Shown: piece by piece, positions 26,685 through 36,637 of the stretch
How positions within the stretch are numbered: the stretch's first letter is position 1
Layout of the letters: each line of letters begins with the position of its first letter
NCBI GenBank assembly: GCA_050012255.1
Contig: JBEKHN010000003.1
Location: 96,001 to 160,000 of the forward strand
Source: Candidatus Bathyarchaeia archaeon
Lineage (GTDB): Archaea; Thermoproteota; Bathyarchaeia; Bathyarchaeales; Bathycorpusculaceae
Length of the DNA: 64,000 bases
Reading direction: 5' to 3'
Made by a program: the position numbers and the translations under genes
The notes under the pieces: generated by a model
Database searches by the model: none
The model's input: only the letters and a program-made list of their open reading frames with translations
Told to the model about the DNA's origin: nothing

Positions 26685-28124
26685 TCACTTTCCAACTCTG
26701 TCATTTCTATTTTTCGTCGCCTTACGTTCCACACTCTTCTCAGCAAGTACATCTTCTAATGCTAGAAGCTCAAGCAAGGTGCGAAACTTCTCTATTGCTC
26801 GCACGTCATTCTTGCTTATTAGACCCTTATCGAAACCATTCTGAAGTTGTAGCTGCAACCCTCTGCGCAGATTATGAACCATTTCGCCTTCACTTATCCC
26901 TGGCAATCTCATGGGATGAAAAGTTTGGTCACTGATTAGGTCATACTTTTCCGCTATTGTTTGCAGTTCGGAACCAACTATAGGGTTGGCAATTGACCAA
27001 CTGATGTATGTGAGCAAGTTTTGCCCTAACAGTGTTTTGGCAAAATTCAGTGTTTCTTCGACTTCGGCGCTGCTTTCAAATTCTAACTTGCCGTTTTCTT
27101 CCCAGGCGTTATACAGCATAAAGAAACCGTAGGCGCGGATATCGTGTCTTTTAAGCGTTTCACAGGTTTTGATCACGTCAGAGCGGGTGATGTATTTTCT
27201 GATGCCTTTAAGAACTCTGTCATTCGCAGATTCAATGCCTAGATGAACAAGCCAGCAACCGATTTTCTTCAATGCTTCAGCCAATGCTTCTGGAACTTTG
27301 TCGCAGCGGAGTTGACATTGGAATGCTGTATCGTTCAAGTGTAGTTTTTCGATTTCTTGGCAAACCTTTAAGGCCCATGTAATGTCTGAATTGAATGTAT
27401 CGGACCTCAAATAGATTTCTCGAACACCGTATGTGTCATGCACAAATTTGACTTCTTCCGCGACATTTTTTGGAGTTCGTTGTCGAATCCAAGGTTTCCG
27501 CTGTTTCCATACTGGATTACTACAAAAGGCACACTTGAACGGGCAACCCCTACTAGGCAGAACATACGCAATTGGGCTGTTCCGTTTCAGGGGTATGTCA
27601 TACTTGTCGAAGGTAACCATGTCCCATGCTGGAAAGAAGTCGATGTCGTCGAGCAGTTTGCTAGCTTCTTTTACCTTGTCACCGGTTTTGAAACCATCTC
27701 TGACTAATTCGAAGAAGACTTCTTCCCCTTCCCCAACGACACATATGTCTGTCGGAGATTCTCTGAGGACTTCATGAGGGTCAATGGTGGGGTGCGCGCC
27801 TCCTGCGACTATGGTGACGTCTGGAAGCATTTTGCGAATAGATCTTATCGTTGCGTACGCCAGTTTTTTCTTTGGAGTAGTGAAACTTATGCAGTAAGCG
27901 TCTGGTTTTATCTTCCTGACTGTTTCGAAATGTTCCTCTTTAGTCATCCATGGCTCCAGATAATAGAAATTGACGTCTGGCATTCTTTGCCTAACGTAAC
28001 CTATCAGGAAAATTATGCCAAGGTTAGGGCTCTCCGTGGCTGCTTCTCCCTGCAATTCTGACATTGGAATGTCGGCCATTACCACTTTCTTCGATGCTTT
28101 TTCAGGTCTGGTCAAGCGTTTCAC
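26685..28124 (-). CDS. B12-binding radical SAM enzyme (class B methyltransferase-like)
   Basis: AGGAHPT and VVGEGEE (cobalamin domain), SRGCPFKCAFC, LGIES; start may be a few codons downstream. Confidence 0.92.
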   Translation of the reverse strand: MKRLTRPEKASKKVVMADIPMSELQGEAATESPNLGIIFLIGYVRQRMPDVNFYYLEPWMTKEEHFETVRKIKPDAYCISFTTPKKKLAYATIRSIRKMLPDVTIVAGGAHPTIDPHEVLRESPTDICVVGEGEEVFFELVRDGFKTGDKVKEASKLLDDIDFFPAWDMVTFDKYDIPLKRNSPIAYVLPSRGCPFKCAFCSNPVWKQRKPWIRQRTPKNVAEEVKFVHDTYGVREIYLRSDTFNSDITWALKVCQEIEKLHLNDTAFQCQLRCDKVPEALAEALKKIGCWLVHLGIESANDRVLKGIRKYITRSDVIKTCETLKRHDIRAYGFFMLYNAWEENGKLEFESSAEVEETLNFAKTLLGQNLLTYISWSIANPIVGSELQTIAEKYDLISDQTFHPMRLPGISEGEMVHNLRRGLQLQLQNGFDKGLISKNDVRAIEKFRTLLELLALEDVLAEKSVERKATKNRNDRVGK

Positions 28125-28324
28125 CTTTCAGGGAGATTATGCAGCATGGTCGCGCGCGCTTTCCAGTGGGCCGTGGTTCTTCCACAGTTAGGAGAATGAT
28201 AGTTTACATCTTGATGTTTTTCTTGCGTTTGGCGCACCTCAACTTTGGCACTTCTTCCTTCGCGATCATCATTCATTAATGATATTCCTCCACATCGGTC
28301 ATTAATAATGTTTTTTGGTGTGCT

Positions 28325-29809
28325 TCATCTGTTCATCCGGTTTCTGACTGCCAGCAACATCGTGCGTGCGAGATTTCTTGTTTCTTTGTCAAACGCGATC
28401 AGTAATGCTAGGTAAACCAGTGCGCCAACACCAGTGAATATCAGTGTTGAAGTTCTCGTTACTGGGTGACCTGCGATCAGAATTAGCGCCATAATCGCCG
28501 ATGCAACTGCGTACTTTGCAATGCTTTTCCATGGAATCTTCAATGTTACGGCCTTGCGCAGGACACTGAGCAAAACTAGAAACGAGATCAAATGTCCTAT
28601 CATGAATATTCCGGTGACGTAGGCTGCAACTAGCAACGGGTCGTTGTTCGCGAAATGTGTCAGAGCGTAGTAGGCTATCGGTAGGGTTATCGCTGAATGA
28701 AGGTAAGGCAAAGAGAAGGATATGAAAAGCCTGCTTTTCATGACCTGCCCGAAAGGTATCTTTGCTTCTTCGTCCACGCTCTCAATTCCATAGAGTATAG
28801 AGGTGAAAAACCCTGCGTTTGTCTGGATCAGGGCGTCGATCGCCATTATTACCAAGACCGGCATGGCAACGACGTACGTGCCCGACACGTTGAAAAAGAG
28901 GAGATACGAGTTAGGAATCGCGATCACTCCGGCAGTCATAGGAATTGCGAACATCAAAACCATCCTTAGAGAGGAGGTGACCTCATCCGTTTTCCGCTCG
29001 GCTAGAATTTTTGGGTATAATGCAAAAGCCAGAGCGCTGGAGTATGCTATTACGTTCGTGATTAGTTGGGTGGCAGTGTAGTAACTTACGCCGATCGTGT
29101 GGCCGTAAACGCTGAGCATGATGAATATGACACTGGCAATTCGGTCACCTATTACGCTGAATAAGTTGAATGTTGAACCTTTAAGCCACTCTTTCAGGTG
29201 GCTGAAGACGAACTTCTGTCGAAGTTCGATCCACATATTCTTGAGGTAGAACGCTATTTTGATGCCGAATGCTACTGCAAGGCTGAGAATTATTCCCACG
29301 AGGTCCAAGTGAAGTGCTATTACAAAAGTGTAAGCAAGCGCGACTTTGAGCACTTCTCCAATCAACAAACCGTAGGCTAAGAACTGTGGTCGCTGAGCTT
29401 GCAAACACGCTTCAAGGACTGTGATCAAGTAGGTTTCTATTATTTGTGTTGCAACTAGGACGTATACCAAAGCATAATCTTGTAGGCCAAACGCTTGCGT
29501 AACTAACGGCAGCAACGCTAGGTAGATAAGTGTGGCTATTGTCGCGATGGTCATGTTTGCCACGATCCCTGTTTTAGCTGCCCCTTCTTTGTCTCTGGCG
29601 ACGAAGCGCATCGTCCAGAATGAGAGTGCTCCTGACAACAGCGTGAAATACGGGATTATTATGGTGAGAAAGATGCCCCAGGCTCCTAGCTTTTCTTGTG
29701 ACAATGAACCCAGCAGTAGAGTGAAGAGGATGCCTGTGGCAACACTGATCAGCTTGGCTCCAAAAAATATGAGTCCTGAATACTGAACTCTTATTTCTTT
29801 CTTTGCCAA
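28325..29809 (-). CDS. Oligosaccharide flippase (Wzx/RfbX, MOP superfamily)
   Basis: About 14 TM helices, glycan-cluster context, paralogous to 42493-43986. Confidence 0.82.
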   Translation of the reverse strand: MAKKEIRVQYSGLIFFGAKLISVATGILFTLLLGSLSQEKLGAWGIFLTIIIPYFTLLSGALSFWTMRFVARDKEGAAKTGIVANMTIATIATLIYLALLPLVTQAFGLQDYALVYVLVATQIIETYLITVLEACLQAQRPQFLAYGLLIGEVLKVALAYTFVIALHLDLVGIILSLAVAFGIKIAFYLKNMWIELRQKFVFSHLKEWLKGSTFNLFSVIGDRIASVIFIMLSVYGHTIGVSYYTATQLITNVIAYSSALAFALYPKILAERKTDEVTSSLRMVLMFAIPMTAGVIAIPNSYLLFFNVSGTYVVAMPVLVIMAIDALIQTNAGFFTSILYGIESVDEEAKIPFGQVMKSRLFISFSLPYLHSAITLPIAYYALTHFANNDPLLVAAYVTGIFMIGHLISFLVLLSVLRKAVTLKIPWKSIAKYAVASAIMALILIAGHPVTRTSTLIFTGVGALVYLALLIAFDKETRNLARTMLLAVRNRMNR

Positions 29810-29986
29810 GAAGCCACCCTTGTCGAATCAGATCATAACAGTGTAAGAGTATATTTTTTTGTGTTCTGGCACAATACGATTCTCACGCTTTGGATCAGTT
29901 TTTCGACCGTATGCCTAAGACTAAGCTGCGCCATAAAACTTGGCAGAAGCGAGTAAAAGCCTCGGCGTACGCGCTAAGGTGGTGTT

Positions 29987-31462
29987 CTACGTTTTCAAGC
30001 GAAGCCTGATTCTCACTTTTGTTCTGCTTATCAGGTTGTAAAGTGGGATAAGCGGATACTTTATTCGCTGCGGAAGAGCGTCTTTCATTTCTATATGCAA
30101 CCCAAGTTTTAGGGCCACTCTGCCCTTTCTTGTCAGTGGTATGTAGTACCGTGTCAGTTGGAACTTGACGAAGCCGTTGCTCTGTTTGAAGTTGTCGAGC
30201 GAGGGGTGATTTCCCATGCGCGCGTACATGAGCCATTCTTCATGGTTGCTTGCGCAAACTTCAACCGTCTTTGCTACTAAAGCGTTGTTCACTGCCTTAT
30301 CCCAGTGTTTTTGCAGTGAGAGTATCTGGGAGACTATGGCTATGTTGTCGCCGTGAAGTAGCTGTATGAATCCTGCAAGTTCATTTTGCAAAAAGGCTCC
30401 TACGTATGTCATATTTCGTGTCGGCGAGTGCAGGCCTTTAGTTATTGCATCCAGAGATACACCGTAGTGTGGGAACGCGCGGTCCTGTCTTATTGGGGTT
30501 TCGTTGTAGATTTTCCACATGCCTTCTGCTAGCTTCTCGTCTGGTTCGGCTATTCTTGTTTTTATTCCGCTTTTTTCTGCTTTGCGAATCATGTTACGGG
30601 TTTTCTTTCCTATGTTTTTCCACCAGTCATCGTAGCTCGTTATGTGAAGAAGTGCAATGTTGTCGTTTCTTTTGATCCAAGATGTTGGCTGTGAGAGTGT
30701 GTGTACCCATCTCCTCTCTAGGAAGGTGAATACGTCGACTCCTCTTTCTCGGATCTTTGTGAGAAATTCTTCTGTTGGGACAACATCTTTTTCATATTCT
30801 TCTGAGTTTTTAGCTATTGTGAAAAAGATTTTCTTGCGATATGCTATTGTTTCAACGTCGTTGTCCACGTTTAGTATCTTTCTTAATGTGTTGTAGAAGG
30901 GCCCTCTGTGGTTAATCTTTCCTTTTTGAAAAAGCCAGATTGGGTGGAAATGCAGGACTTGGTCTTCTCTTATGGTGCTTTGGGCGATTTTCACTGCCTT
31001 GTTAGTCGAAGTGGAGTAGCATATGGCGTCCAGATGTTTTGTGGGAAACTGGTAGAAGGAGATTAAGGGGAATTCTGGCGGGATTCTTGGGGATCTTGTT
31101 GTCCACCTTCTCCACATGATTCTTGCGAGCAACCTTTCTGTTCCGTGGACGGTGTAATAGCGCATTTTTTTCCCTGTAATTCTCTCCAGATTCTTCCATT
31201 CAGAATAAGGGTTGTTGACGATGTGAAGTGCAACTTCGTGTCTATCGTTGTTCAGGAGGCTCAGTAGCTCCCTGTCTGGGGTTGTTGCGGGGGTGAAGAA
31301 CCATGTGGCTTTCACTTCTTTGAGTGATTCATTTATCATCCTTGCGATTATTTTCGAGTTTTTCAGATAATCTTTGCTTGGCTTGATGCCTAGGGCCGTG
31401 TAGAAGAAGCTTTTGTTTCTGGACGGGTAGGGATAGTCAACGTCTATCCTCAGTTTTATCAA
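29987..31462 (-). CDS. Polysaccharide-deacetylase-like domain fused to a GNAT/FemAB-like domain
   Basis: N-terminal LRIDVD...HEVALH...HFHP; C-terminal KKTRNMIRKAEKSGI...SLDNFKQSNGF. Confidence 0.7.
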   Translation of the reverse strand: MIKLRIDVDYPYPSRNKSFFYTALGIKPSKDYLKNSKIIARMINESLKEVKATWFFTPATTPDRELLSLLNNDRHEVALHIVNNPYSEWKNLERITGKKMRYYTVHGTERLLARIMWRRWTTRSPRIPPEFPLISFYQFPTKHLDAICYSTSTNKAVKIAQSTIREDQVLHFHPIWLFQKGKINHRGPFYNTLRKILNVDNDVETIAYRKKIFFTIAKNSEEYEKDVVPTEEFLTKIRERGVDVFTFLERRWVHTLSQPTSWIKRNDNIALLHITSYDDWWKNIGKKTRNMIRKAEKSGIKTRIAEPDEKLAEGMWKIYNETPIRQDRAFPHYGVSLDAITKGLHSPTRNMTYVGAFLQNELAGFIQLLHGDNIAIVSQILSLQKHWDKAVNNALVAKTVEVCASNHEEWLMYARMGNHPSLDNFKQSNGFVKFQLTRYYIPLTRKGRVALKLGLHIEMKDALPQRIKYPLIPLYNLISRTKVRIRLRLKT

Positions 31463-31577
31463 TTGCTCGCGTGTTCTCCTGCTGTTGCTCGGCCAGTCGG
31501 GATTTTTAGATGATAAAGGTTGATATAACTGCTTTTATAGTATAGGCTCAGGTTCCTATTCGGAGAGCTGGTCTTCG

Positions 31578-32540
31578 ATGAAGGTTGTTATGGTTAACGA
31601 TGCTGCTTTTGTGGGACAGACGTTGCTTAAATATTTGCCTAATGATGTAGAGAAGCAGCATATTAAGCGTACTAGAGGTTTGTGGAGTAAGACTTTTGGA
31701 TTAGCATGGAGGATTTTGAGGGCCAAAGGAGACGTTTACCACGCGAATTATCTTCTTCAGGATTGTTACATTGCGTCCCGGCTCGGGAAGAGACCTCTCG
31801 TTGGAAGCGCAATGGGAAGTGATTTGCGGCAACAGCTTGGGAGCAAGAAATGGGGCTGGATTGTCAGACATAACCTGCGGAGTTGCGACAAAATCCTAGT
31901 AGTTCAGCCAACTCTATTAGATGTTGCAAAGAATTTTAACAGCACGGCGGAGTATTTGCCGATTCCTTTCGACCCGGAAATATTCTTTCCTAAGCCGCTT
32001 CCTACGAGCGAGCTTGAAGAAAAACGAGTATTTATAGCGTCAGCTCACGACTTCAAAATAAAAGGTACCGACAAATTCCTGCGCGCCTTGGCCTCTGTGC
32101 CAAATCCAATCAGGATAACAAGCATATCGTCAGGCAAAGACTTCGGTAGAGCCAGACGACTAGCAGAAGAGCTTGGTTTGAAGGTTAACTTCATAGGTCC
32201 GGTTCCTCATGACAAGATGAATGAGTTGTACTGGGAAAGCGATTTGGTTTTGGGCAGCTTCGGAGTTGGACAGTTGGATACGGTTGCCATCGAAGCTATG
32301 GCGTGCGGACGCCCTGTGGTGCACTCGGTTTCCAAGAGGTTTTTCCAAGAATGCCCCTTAGAAGAGCTCAAGGGCAGAGACGAAGCCACAGGAGTCATCT
32401 CCAAGGCGCTTACTGATGTCGACTGGCAGGATAAGAGAGTGAAAGATCAATTGCTCTATGTTGATTCTAGGCATTCGGCGCCGTTGCTGGCTGAAAGGCT
32501 GATGAAGATCTACTCTGAACTACAGGATACCAGCCGGTGA
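31578..32540 (+). CDS. Glycosyltransferase family 4
   Basis: GSDLR, IKGTD, AIEAMACGRPVV. Confidence 0.88.
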   Translation: MKVVMVNDAAFVGQTLLKYLPNDVEKQHIKRTRGLWSKTFGLAWRILRAKGDVYHANYLLQDCYIASRLGKRPLVGSAMGSDLRQQLGSKKWGWIVRHNLRSCDKILVVQPTLLDVAKNFNSTAEYLPIPFDPEIFFPKPLPTSELEEKRVFIASAHDFKIKGTDKFLRALASVPNPIRITSISSGKDFGRARRLAEELGLKVNFIGPVPHDKMNELYWESDLVLGSFGVGQLDTVAIEAMACGRPVVHSVSKRFFQECPLEELKGRDEATGVISKALTDVDWQDKRVKDQLLYVDSRHSAPLLAERLMKIYSELQDTSR

Positions 32541-32547
32541 AACAGCA

Positions 32548-33480
32548 ATGCACAATTCCAGGGTTTTGGTGACTGGTGGAGCCGGGTTCATAGGCAGCAG
32601 GCTGGTTGACCGCCTCATTGGAGAAAGGCATGAAGTCGCTGTTCTCGACAACCTCTTTTCTGGTAAAACTAGAAACCTTGAGGAGCATTTGAGCAGCACC
32701 AGCCTTCACTTGATAAGGGGGGACGTACGTAACTCGAGAGCTGTTAAAAAAGCCGTAAGAGGAGTAACTACAGTGTTTCATCTAGCTGCTGTAGTGGACG
32801 TGCCCCTGTCTGTAGAAAACCCAGTTCTCACTAATGATGTGAACGTGGCAGGAACGCTGAGCGTTTTAGACGCGAGCCTAGCGGAAAACGTTGACCGATT
32901 CATCTACATCTCTTCATGCGCGGTTTATGGCGAGGCCCGCTACTTGCCAATAAATGAGGAACACCCAACGACGCCTCTGTCGCCATACGGTGTTTCAAAA
33001 CTCGCTGCTGAGAATTATTGCAGAAACTATCGGGAGATCCACGGACTCAAAACTTGCTGTTTGAGACTCTTCAACGTGTACGGTCTAGGACAGCATGCGG
33101 GTTCTTACAGCGGAGTGATTTCAAAGTTTGTTCGCAAGGTTCAGAGAGGTGAATCACCGGTTGTTTATGGCGATGGGAAACAAACACGTGATTTCATACA
33201 CGTCAACGATATTATAGACGCCTGCATGCTGGCCATGGAAAGCGTGCACGTTGATAGCGGGCCGTTCAACATTGGAACCGGAAAGCCCACGACGATCAGA
33301 GAGCTCGCAGACATTACAATAGAACTGTGGGGCAAAACCAGCATCAAGCCAGTTTATGAAGAACCGAGAACGGGAGACATTGAAAATAGTTATGCAGACA
33401 TAAGCAAAGCTAGAAAAACACTCAATTTTGAGCCCAAAACTGAGTTGAAGAATGGGATGAAGTCTCTAATCAAAACATAA
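32548..33480 (+). CDS. NAD-dependent epimerase/dehydratase (GalE-like)
   Basis: TGGAGFIG, SSCAVYG, YGVSK, NVYG, GDGKQTRDF. Confidence 0.92.
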   Translation: MHNSRVLVTGGAGFIGSRLVDRLIGERHEVAVLDNLFSGKTRNLEEHLSSTSLHLIRGDVRNSRAVKKAVRGVTTVFHLAAVVDVPLSVENPVLTNDVNVAGTLSVLDASLAENVDRFIYISSCAVYGEARYLPINEEHPTTPLSPYGVSKLAAENYCRNYREIHGLKTCCLRLFNVYGLGQHAGSYSGVISKFVRKVQRGESPVVYGDGKQTRDFIHVNDIIDACMLAMESVHVDSGPFNIGTGKPTTIRELADITIELWGKTSIKPVYEEPRTGDIENSYADISKARKTLNFEPKTELKNGMKSLIKT

Positions 33481-33494
33481 ATGTTAAAGGCGCC

Positions 33495-34280
33495 ATGGGA
33501 GGAAGATCCATCTCAAAAGAGCTACTTTCGAAGAAAATTCTCATAACCGGATCAAGCGGCTTCATTGGTAGTCATTTGTGCAAGGCACTTCCACACGCAG
33601 ATGGCTTATCCAGAACACCGTCACAGACGACAAACATCCTTGGCGATGTAGCGTCTCTTCCTATTTCCGTGGATAAGTATGACATAATCTACCATTTAGC
33701 AGCCGTTGTCTATCCCGAGGTAAGTGTTAGAAACCCTCTGGACACTTACATGATAAACATCTGTGGTACATTAAACCTCGTTCAATCTTTTAGAGGACTG
33801 TTCATCTATCCCTCTACAGTGGGTGTTCATGAACCCTTAAGAAACCCATATCTTCTCTCAAAATATGTCTGTGAGGAAATTGTGAGAGCTGCGCCTTGTG
33901 AACACATGATTTTTAGACTTGCCAACCTCTATGGCGAGGGGTCCAAATCAGTCATCCAAAAATGGTTGAACGCAGATCGCATTCAAATTTATGGGGACGG
34001 AAATCAGGTCAGAGATTTTACTTACATAGGGGACATAATTGACATACTGGCGAACCCGCTGAAATTACAAGTTGGCAGAACATACTACGTAGGTACGGGT
34101 GTACCAACGACATTAAATGAGCTGGCCGAGCAGATTATCGCTCTGACCGGTGAAAAAAAGATTGAACATTTACCGGCGAGAGAGTTTGAGATCTACGAAC
34201 CGTTCATAAAACCGGACTTGACATGCCCAACAACGTTGAAAGAGGGATTGTTGAAGTGCCTAAAAAAAGGCGTCACTTAG
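33495..34280 (+). CDS. Compact NAD-dependent epimerase/dehydratase
   Basis: TGSSGFIG, YLLSK, GDGNQVRDF. Confidence 0.87.
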   Translation: MGGRSISKELLSKKILITGSSGFIGSHLCKALPHADGLSRTPSQTTNILGDVASLPISVDKYDIIYHLAAVVYPEVSVRNPLDTYMINICGTLNLVQSFRGLFIYPSTVGVHEPLRNPYLLSKYVCEEIVRAAPCEHMIFRLANLYGEGSKSVIQKWLNADRIQIYGDGNQVRDFTYIGDIIDILANPLKLQVGRTYYVGTGVPTTLNELAEQIIALTGEKKIEHLPAREFEIYEPFIKPDLTCPTTLKEGLLKCLKKGVT

Positions 34281-35247
34281 GCTTTTCCCATTCTTCAAAC
34301 CGATAGTCCCTGTACCACTCTACGAACCTCTTCAATCCCTTATCAAAGCTGAATTCCGGTTCCCATCCCAAGAGTTCCTTCGCCTTCTTGTTGTCCGCGA
34401 CAAGTTTTCTAACCTCACCTGGTCTTGGTGCCACATGTATAGGCTTTATCTTGTTTCCCTTGCCAAACAACTTGATTACCTTGTTAGCAACGTCTAGAAT
34501 GGTAATGTCCTTCCCAGTTCCAAAGTTAATTGGTCGTCTAAGATCCTTCTTGGATTCTAGAACCAATTCGTATGCTTTCACAGCGTCTTCTACGTAGAGG
34601 TAATCTCTAGACTGCTTCCCATCGCCATAGATTATGGGCGGTTGGTTGTTCAAAACACGTTTAGCAAAAATCGAAATCGCACCGCCATAGCCTGTGTCCT
34701 TCTGCCGAGGCCCAAAGGTGTTGAAGAGCCTTACAATACAAATGTTAGCGCCGTACGTTTGTATGTAAGCGTGGCACATTCTGTCAGCGGCCAATTTGCT
34801 TGCTCCGTAGGGGTGCATAGGATCTAAGGGATGTTTCTCATCCATTGGGACATATTGAGCTGAACCGTAAACTTCGCTTGTGGAGGCATAAATCACTTTT
34901 TCAACGTCGTATCTTCTTGCAAGTTCTAGCACGTTAAGCGTGCCGAGGACGTTGGTTTCGTAGGTTTCTCTTGGTTCGATGATAGAACGGTCGACGTGAA
35001 TCTGAGCTGCTAGATGGATGATGGCATCGATGTCAGACGAAATTATTTTATCGAGTAAATTAAAATCTCTAACTTCACCATTGACTAGCTTGAACTTCTT
35101 ATTATTCAACAGGGCTCGAACATTACCTAAGCTGCCGTTCAGAAAGTTGTCAAGACAGACCACAGTGTAGTCTTTTGAAACGTATTTTTCGCATAAATGA
35201 CTTCCAATGAACCCAGCACCGCCGGTGATCAACACTTTGTTAACCAT
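34273..35247 (-). CDS. NDP-sugar epimerase/dehydratase (dTDP-glucose 4,6-dehydratase-like)
   Basis: TGGAGFIG, HLAAQIHVDRS, STSEVYG, YGASK. Confidence 0.9.
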   Translation of the reverse strand: MVNKVLITGGAGFIGSHLCEKYVSKDYTVVCLDNFLNGSLGNVRALLNNKKFKLVNGEVRDFNLLDKIISSDIDAIIHLAAQIHVDRSIIEPRETYETNVLGTLNVLELARRYDVEKVIYASTSEVYGSAQYVPMDEKHPLDPMHPYGASKLAADRMCHAYIQTYGANICIVRLFNTFGPRQKDTGYGGAISIFAKRVLNNQPPIIYGDGKQSRDYLYVEDAVKAYELVLESKKDLRRPINFGTGKDITILDVANKVIKLFGKGNKIKPIHVAPRPGEVRKLVADNKKAKELLGWEPEFSFDKGLKRFVEWYRDYRFEEWEKPK

Positions 35248-35443
35248 TTGTTTTGTTCTCCATGCGAATCTTGATTTTTCCAGTTATTGTCTCGTTTGGG
35301 TCTTAATATAGTTTCAAGTTTCTTATTGGTTAAATGTGCAGAATATTCTTTGAAAGCTTTGGCTTTGACATCCATAAATCCCTTGTTTTAGAATTATTCT
35401 ACCCATTTTTCCTCTGTGAAAGAACCTTTCAAGACCGTCGCCG

Positions 35444-36637
35444 TTATTTTTGAGAACTTTCCTCTTGAGACGTAGTATCGGAGAAATGTCTTGGACGAAA
35501 ATGGGGCTTCTGCGGTTTTTGATTCCTGATTTTTCCTGCGAGTCCACTCTTATCCACAAGAATTTGCCAGTCAAATTGTTGGGCTAGTTTTAAGTTATTC
35601 TGGCGCATTTCTTCTGCGAGAATTTTGTCTGAGATGATGGAGTTCATTTTGTTTGCAAGGTCTTGAGGGTTTCCAGGTTGATAGAGAAGTACGTTTTTGT
35701 TTGGAGCGAGGTATGCTTCTCTCTCTCTTACATCAGCCATCAAGATAGGTCTGCCCAAACTCAGGTAGTCCTTTACTTTCCTTTGCGACCAAAAAGAAGT
35801 GAACGTGTATGCTTTCCTATAAGGCGCCACTGCCGCGGCGCACAGGCTGATTATTTTTAAAGCCTCAAACCTTGGAAGCTTACCTGGGAATACAACGTTG
35901 TTCCACCTATTTCGGAATTCGTTGAGTCTCGGTCCTTCTCCAATCACAACTAGGCATACTCCAGCTGCTTTACTTCCCTCAAACAATGTTTCCATGTCCA
36001 GTCGTCTCTCCCAGTTTCCCAAGAAGCCGATGAAAGTTTTTTCCTTCGGGATATGGTATTCTGAATAAATTTTCTCTTTTTCCGTTTCCGCCTCCTGGGC
36101 GGCTATTTTGCTCTCGTTAATGTCTACCCCATTTTCAAGAATTATACTCTTGGCCTTCTCTTCTTGTCCAAGTGAGTCTTTGACTCCTTTGCTAACGCAG
36201 ATCATCGTGCTAGAGTATCTTGCTCCAACTCTTTCTACGACGTAGTAGAGGAAGATTTTCAGTTTGTTATACTTACTTTTTCCAAAGAAAAATCTGATTT
36301 CTCTGTAGAGCCAGCCATGAAAGTCTAGGATGATTCTTGTTCCGAAGATCTTTAATGGCAAGAGAAAAAAGGCAAGGTAGCCCCTGGCTATTATTGTATT
36401 GCAAGAATGGCTCAGAGTTTCGGCGTACGTGAAAAGAAGAATTTTCAGTCTTGAAAGGTGCCTTGATCCGCCTAGCTGATGAGTCTTTAAACCCGCTATT
36501 CTCTCGCCTTTTCCACCTACTACTTCAACTTCGAAACCCTTTTCCTTCAATGATTTGGCAATGTAGATAAACCTGGATGCGGGGGCCTCAGAGAAGGTTA
36601 ACCTGCTATCTAATACGAATATCACTCGGTCTTTCAT
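35444..36637 (-). CDS. Glycosyltransferase family 4
   Basis: ENGVD, IGEGP, KVKDYLSLGRPIL. Confidence 0.82.
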   Translation of the reverse strand: MKDRVIFVLDSRLTFSEAPASRFIYIAKSLKEKGFEVEVVGGKGERIAGLKTHQLGGSRHLSRLKILLFTYAETLSHSCNTIIARGYLAFFLLPLKIFGTRIILDFHGWLYREIRFFFGKSKYNKLKIFLYYVVERVGARYSSTMICVSKGVKDSLGQEEKAKSIILENGVDINESKIAAQEAETEKEKIYSEYHIPKEKTFIGFLGNWERRLDMETLFEGSKAAGVCLVVIGEGPRLNEFRNRWNNVVFPGKLPRFEALKIISLCAAAVAPYRKAYTFTSFWSQRKVKDYLSLGRPILMADVREREAYLAPNKNVLLYQPGNPQDLANKMNSIISDKILAEEMRQNNLKLAQQFDWQILVDKSGLAGKIRNQKPQKPHFRPRHFSDTTSQEESSQK

